Below are positions 59,476 through 64,000 of a DNA stretch of 64,000 nt, piece after piece (the first letter of the stretch is position 1; every line of letters begins with the position of its first letter). Origin of the DNA: an uncultured Actinomycetes bacterium (lineage in GTDB: Bacteria > Actinomycetota > Thermoleophilia > UBA2241); assembly GCA_963725665.1 (NCBI GenBank), contig CAVRZA010000004.1, positions 96,001 through 160,000 of the forward strand, in the 5' to 3' direction. Position numbers and translations under genes: made by a program. The notes beneath the pieces were generated by a model that did no database searches, was not told where the DNA came from, and saw only the letters and a program-made list of their open reading frames with translations.

Positions 59476-62085
59476 TTATCTGGCTGCTCCGGAACAGAGG
59501 CGCCGCACGTCGGTGGCCGACTCGGCGGCGAGAGCCTCAGCGGCGAGCTGCCGCGCCTCGCTCATCGCGGTGGCGCGGACCGCCTGCTTCGCGGCAGGGA
59601 TCCGCGCCGGCGCCATCGAGAGCTCGGTGACGCCGAGCCCGAGCAGCAGCGCGACGGCCGACGGGTCGCCGGCAAGCTCGCCGCAGACGGCGACCGGTCG
59701 TCCGGCCTCGGCGGCCGCGCGCGTGGTGCCGTCGATGAGGCGCAGAACGGCGGGATGCAGGGCGTCGGCAAGGGCGGCCACATCGGCGTTGCCGCGCTCG
59801 GCGGCCAGAACGTACTGGGCGAGGTCGTTCGTGCCGACGGAGAAGAAGTCCACGTGCGGGGCGAACGCCGTTGTCATCAGGGCCGCGGCGGGCACCTCCA
59901 CCATGATCCCGACCTCGACGCGTTCCGGGGCCGGGATGCCGTCGACGTACAGGGACTCTCGTGCCTGGTCGAGCAGCTCACGCGCGCGTCGGACCTCGTC
60001 CACGGTGGTCACCATCGGGAACATGACACGGACGGGATGCTCGGCGGCCACCCGGAGCACCGCCCGGAGCTGGCCGACCAGGAGCTGCGGGTGCCGCAGA
60101 CCGAGACGGATGCCCCTCAGACCCAGGAAGGGGTTCTGCTCCTCGGCCAGGGGCAGGTAGGGAAGCTGCTTGTCGGCGCCCGCGTCGAGCGTACGGATGG
60201 TCAGTGGTCGACCACCGAGCCCGTCGGTTGCGACGCGATAAGCCCGCTCCTGCTCCAGTTCGCTCGGCAGGTGGTCGGTCTCGAGGAAGAGGAACTCCGT
60301 GCGCAAGAGACCGACTCCGTCGGCGCCGGCGGCGAGTGCCTGCGGCACTTCTGCCGGCGCCGCAAGGTTGGCGCCCACTTGCACGAGCACGCCGTCGCGG
60401 GTGACGGCGGGCTCCGAGGCGCGCTCGCGCGCCTCCGTCTGCTCGCGCGCCAGTCGAGCCCGCCGCTTCGTCGCCGCCCGTAGCGCCGCGGCGGGAGGAT
60501 CGACCACGAGGGTGCCGGCGTCTCCGTCGAGCGCCAGCGGCGTGCCCTCCGGCACGGCGAGCAGGGCACTCCCCAGGGCCACCACCGCCGGGATCTGAAG
60601 GGAGCGCGCCAGGATCGCGCTGTGCGAGGTGGGCCCGCCGCCGGCGCAGGCTATGCCGTGCACGAGAGAGCGGTCCAGGGCGGCGGTCTGCGCCGGGGTG
60701 AGATCGGTTGCGATCACGATACCTTCGTCGCTCAAGAAGGTCTCAGCGGGGCGGCCGAGCAGGTGCCGCAGGACCTGGTCGCCGACGCTGCGCAAGTCGG
60801 CGGCCCGGGCACGCTGGTAGGGGTCGTCGAGCCGTTCCCAGGTCGCGGTGGCGACCGAGACGGCGTCTGCCCAGGCGCGAGCCGCGTTGACGCCGTGTCG
60901 GAGCACGCCGTCGCGTGCCGGCTGCAAGAGCGCCTCGTCCTCCAAGAACAGGACGTGGGCTGCGAAGATGCCGGCCTCATAGCCGCCGGCGCGGCCGGCT
61001 ACCGAGGTCTGTGTGCGACGAATGTCGGCTGCCGTGGCGGCCAGGGCGCGCTCTAGCGCGTTCCAGTCGGCTGCGCGATCCCGTGCTGGGCCGTCGGGCA
61101 CGCGAAGCGGTGCCGTATGCAGCCTGCGGGCGACGCCGGTGACGATGCCCGGCGATACGGGCAGGCCGCAGAGCGCCGACCCGGCCGGCGGGGGTGAAAC
61201 GGGCTCGGTCGCGAGTGCCGCAGGCTCGGCGGCGGGGGTCACGGCTCCGGACGCAGGCGACGGGATGGTGCCCGTCGTGGCCGTCGCCGTCGCCAACGAG
61301 CCCCTCGCGGTCACGGCGGCATCGCCCGAGAGTGCGGTGGCCGCGTGCACAGGCTCGCCGAACCCCTCCGCTGCGAGACGGCCGATCGCGGCGAGGGCCT
61401 CCGCGGCTTGCGGCCCGGAGGCCCTCGCCTCGACCTCGTGACCCTCGAGCACACCGAGCGTAGCGACGGCGTTCAGACTGCGGGCGCTCGCCGGGCCGCG
61501 GCCGTTTGTAAGGTCGGCTACGGCCACGTCGGCGTCGTAGCCGGCCGCCGTGCGCACGAGCGCGGCGGCCGGCCGCGCGTGCAAACCGAGTCGGTTGCGC
61601 ACCGTGAAGCGCACCGTCAGCAGGTCGGTGGCCGCCGGCCGGCCGATCGGCGTCGTCCCTGGGGCGGCTTCGCCGCCCGCGGCGAGGTGCGCCGCTTTGG
61701 GCGCCAGGCCGTCGCGCGCCTCCTCGGCGACCTTCTCGAGCGGCTCGCCGAGGGCGGCGGCGACGGCCGCGGCCACGGCGCCCTCGACCAGCGGCGCCTC
61801 CGTGAGCAACACGCCCGCCCGCCGCTCCTCCGGGAGCAGGTCGAGGGCCAACTCGGCGGAGAGGACGGCGCTGCCAAGGTCCATGAGGACCAGCACGCCG
61901 TCCTCGGACCACACCTCGTCGATGGCGCGGGCGACGGCTGTGGCGTCGGTGCCCAGCGGGTTCCCAGGCTGGTCGAGGCCGGCGGCGACGCCGATACGCA
62001 GCTTTTCGCCGGCCATCTGCGCCGCCAGCTCGACCACACCCTCGGCGAGCTTCGCGCTGTGAGCCACGAGGACGAGACCGATCAA
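59476..62085 (-). CDS. dhaM: Multiphosphoryl transfer protein: DhaM-type EIIA + HPr + complete enzyme I
   Basis: LVAHS, MDLGSA, GLHARP, TSHSAILAR, GLLRTEFL, GTNDL, VCGELA. TTG start overlaps the dhaL stop. Confidence 0.9.
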   Translation of the reverse strand: MIGLVLVAHSAKLAEGVVELAAQMAGEKLRIGVAAGLDQPGNPLGTDATAVARAIDEVWSEDGVLVLMDLGSAVLSAELALDLLPEERRAGVLLTEAPLVEGAVAAAVAAALGEPLEKVAEEARDGLAPKAAHLAAGGEAAPGTTPIGRPAATDLLTVRFTVRNRLGLHARPAAALVRTAAGYDADVAVADLTNGRGPASARSLNAVATLGVLEGHEVEARASGPQAAEALAAIGRLAAEGFGEPVHAATALSGDAAVTARGSLATATATTGTIPSPASGAVTPAAEPAALATEPVSPPPAGSALCGLPVSPGIVTGVARRLHTAPLRVPDGPARDRAADWNALERALAATAADIRRTQTSVAGRAGGYEAGIFAAHVLFLEDEALLQPARDGVLRHGVNAARAWADAVSVATATWERLDDPYQRARAADLRSVGDQVLRHLLGRPAETFLSDEGIVIATDLTPAQTAALDRSLVHGIACAGGGPTSHSAILARSLQIPAVVALGSALLAVPEGTPLALDGDAGTLVVDPPAAALRAATKRRARLAREQTEARERASEPAVTRDGVLVQVGANLAAPAEVPQALAAGADGVGLLRTEFLFLETDHLPSELEQERAYRVATDGLGGRPLTIRTLDAGADKQLPYLPLAEEQNPFLGLRGIRLGLRHPQLLVGQLRAVLRVAAEHPVRVMFPMVTTVDEVRRARELLDQARESLYVDGIPAPERVEVGIMVEVPAAALMTTAFAPHVDFFSVGTNDLAQYVLAAERGNADVAALADALHPAVLRLIDGTTRAAAEAGRPVAVCGELAGDPSAVALLLGLGVTELSMAPARIPAAKQAVRATAMSEARQLAAEALAAESATDVRRLCSGAAR

Positions 62086-62729
62086 GGCCCGGCGTCCACG
62101 AGGCGCTCCGCCGCCGTCTTCATCAACGACCAAGAGGACGTGGCACCGGGGTCCTGATGCCCGGCGCTGCGTTCACCCAGGTAACTGGCGCGGCCCTTTC
62201 GTGCCACCATGGGGACGGTCGCACTCATGCCCTGCTCCGCCGCCTCGGCCGCACGGCGCAGGGCCTTGGCCGCCGGCAGCCCTCCCGCGACGCCCTGCCG
62301 CAGGGCCTCCACGGCCGGCAGCAGGGCGTCGAGCATCGTCTTGTCTCCGAGCTCCGCCTTGCCCCGCGCTTGCACGCCGCTCACACCAGCCTCGAATGCT
62401 GCCGCCCAGGTCTCGAGCGTGAGCTCCGACGCCTGGGCGGCTGCAGCTCCCATCTGCAGAAAGAGCGTCCCGTACAACGGTCCGGCGGCGCCGCCGACGG
62501 TCGACACCAGCGTCATCCCTGCGAGCTTCAGAAGGGCGCCGATGTCGTCCGCAGGCGCGCCGTCCAGCTTGCCGAGGACCGCCTGCATCCCGCGATCCAT
62601 GTTGATGCCGTGGTCGGCGTCACCGATCGCGGCGTCGAGCTCGGTGAGGTACTCCCGTTGTCGTGCCACATCATCGGCGAAGGCCCGCAGCCAAGCCTCG
62701 ATCCCCTGCTGCGAGATCGTCCCGCTCAT
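62082..62729 (-). CDS. dhaL: Dihydroxyacetone kinase ADP-binding subunit
   Basis: LDAAIGDADHG, GGAAGPLYG, GDKTMLD, GRASYLGERS..HQDPGA. Confidence 0.95.
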   Translation of the reverse strand: MSGTISQQGIEAWLRAFADDVARQREYLTELDAAIGDADHGINMDRGMQAVLGKLDGAPADDIGALLKLAGMTLVSTVGGAAGPLYGTLFLQMGAAAAQASELTLETWAAAFEAGVSGVQARGKAELGDKTMLDALLPAVEALRQGVAGGLPAAKALRRAAEAAEQGMSATVPMVARKGRASYLGERSAGHQDPGATSSWSLMKTAAERLVDAGP

Positions 62730-62840
62730 GCGTCCGACCGCGTCCCGCTCATGCGTCCGACCGCGTCCCGCTCACACGCCCGACACTCACACGACCGACC
62801 GCGTTCTGTTCACACGCCCGACGCCAACGCGCCCGACCGT
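62720..62840. repeat. 23-bp tandem repeat with decaying copies
   Basis: GTCCCGCTCATGCGTCCGACCGC x2, followed by variants such as CTCACACGCCCGAC and CTCACACGACCGACCGCG. Confidence 0.75.
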
Positions 62841-62870
62841 GTGGAGCTCACGCGGCTCTCCGGTCGTTGC

Positions 62871-63872
62871 TCACGCGCCCCACCGCAGGGCCGGCGTCCT
62901 GACGGGCGCGTCCCAGAGCGACGTGAGATCGTCGTCGAGCCGAAGCAGGGTGATCGAGCACCCTGCCATGTCGAGCGAGGTCATGTACGAGCCGACGAGA
63001 TTGCGCGCGATGCGGATGCCCTTGGCCTCGAGCAGCCTGTGCAGCTCGTGGTAGACCACGTAGAGCTCCATGAGCGGAGTGCCGCCCATCCCGTTGACGA
63101 AGGCGAGCACCTGATCGCCCTCTCCAGAAGGCAGGTCCTCGAGCACGGCGGACGCCAGCGTCTCGACGACCTCTCGAGCCGGGGCGAGCGCGCGCCGCTC
63201 GCGCCCCGGCTCCCCGTGGATGCCGACCCCTATCTCCATCTCGTCATCGCCGAGCTGGAAGGTCGGCCTGCCGGCCATCGGTACGGTGCAGGAGGTGAGC
63301 GCCATGCCCATGCTGCGCCCGCTCGCGTTCACCGTGCGGCAGAGCGCGGCCACCTCGTCGAGCGGCCGGCCCTGCTCGGCGGCCGCGCCGCAGATCTTCT
63401 CGGCGAGGACCGTGGTCCCAACGCCCCGCCGCCCCGCGGTGTAGAGGCTGTCCCGCACCGATACGTCGTCGTCGATGACGACCGACTCGACGGTGACGCC
63501 TTCTGCCTGCGCCAAGTCGGCAGCCATCTCGAAGTTCATCACGTCGCCGGTGTAGTTCTTGACGATGTGCAGCACGCCGGCGCCGCCGTCGACTGCCTTG
63601 GTGGCCGCGAGCATCTGGTCGGGCGTGGGGGACGTGAACACCTCGCCGGGGCACGCCGCGTCGAGCATGCCCATGCCGACGAAACCGCCGTGCATGGGCT
63701 CGTGACCGGAGCCGCCACCTGAGACGACGGCGACCTTACCCTCGACGGGCGCGTCGGCACGAACGATGTAGTTCGGTTCGCTGTACACCCGCAGCAGGTC
63801 CGGGTGGGCCACAGCGATCCCCTGCAGCTCCTCCTTCACCACGTCTGCGGGCCGGTTGATGAGCTTCTTCAT
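62871..63872 (-). CDS. dhaK: Dihydroxyacetone kinase substrate-binding subunit
   Basis: [35 protein letters not shown]. Confidence 0.95.
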   Translation of the reverse strand: MKKLINRPADVVKEELQGIAVAHPDLLRVYSEPNYIVRADAPVEGKVAVVSGGGSGHEPMHGGFVGMGMLDAACPGEVFTSPTPDQMLAATKAVDGGAGVLHIVKNYTGDVMNFEMAADLAQAEGVTVESVVIDDDVSVRDSLYTAGRRGVGTTVLAEKICGAAAEQGRPLDEVAALCRTVNASGRSMGMALTSCTVPMAGRPTFQLGDDEMEIGVGIHGEPGRERRALAPAREVVETLASAVLEDLPSGEGDQVLAFVNGMGGTPLMELYVVYHELHRLLEAKGIRIARNLVGSYMTSLDMAGCSITLLRLDDDLTSLWDAPVRTPALRWGA

Positions 63873-64000
63873 CCGGGCCTCCCCGACTGACTCGCGCACG
63901 GTCGCCGCAGTCGGGCCACTTGCGAACGCCGATGTCCCGCGTTCGAGCGCCCCTGCCTCGGTCGCCGTCGCCCCGATGCTATGCCTGGACCACGATGGCG

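Overview
High-GC bacterial chromosomal window, most likely an actinobacterium. The FtsH sequence style and gene content suggest Thermoleophilia, which is an inference. It is densely coding, with about 55 CDS and two tRNAs (Gly-GCC, Cys-GCA). Main blocks: MarR-linked ABC exporters; an ECF sigma factor with a membrane-anchored His-rich extension; an APC permease with an amidase; a PP2C phosphatase / B12-radical SAM / PP2C phosphatase trio; an arsenic cluster (arsR, arsM, unknown gene, arsC, acr3); ada/alkA with ogt; ppk2; a Nif3-RNase HI fusion; ftsH; cls; a TetR / peptide-binding protein / amidohydrolase unit; and dhaK-dhaL-dhaM(EIIA-HPr-EI). About a dozen otherwise intact genes carry single-base frameshifts, probably long-read consensus errors. 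I found no CRISPR array, transposase, integrase or rRNA. The best candidates for undescribed biology are (i) the transmembrane ECF sigma with its His-rich secreted neighbour, (ii) the PP2C-radical SAM-PP2C unit, (iii) an Xis/BldC-like HTH gene plus small Zn-finger protein plus putative sRNA, (iv) the Nif3-RNase HI fusion and (v) a Cys-rich unknown gene inside the ars operon. All product calls come from motifs recognised by eye; no database search was run.
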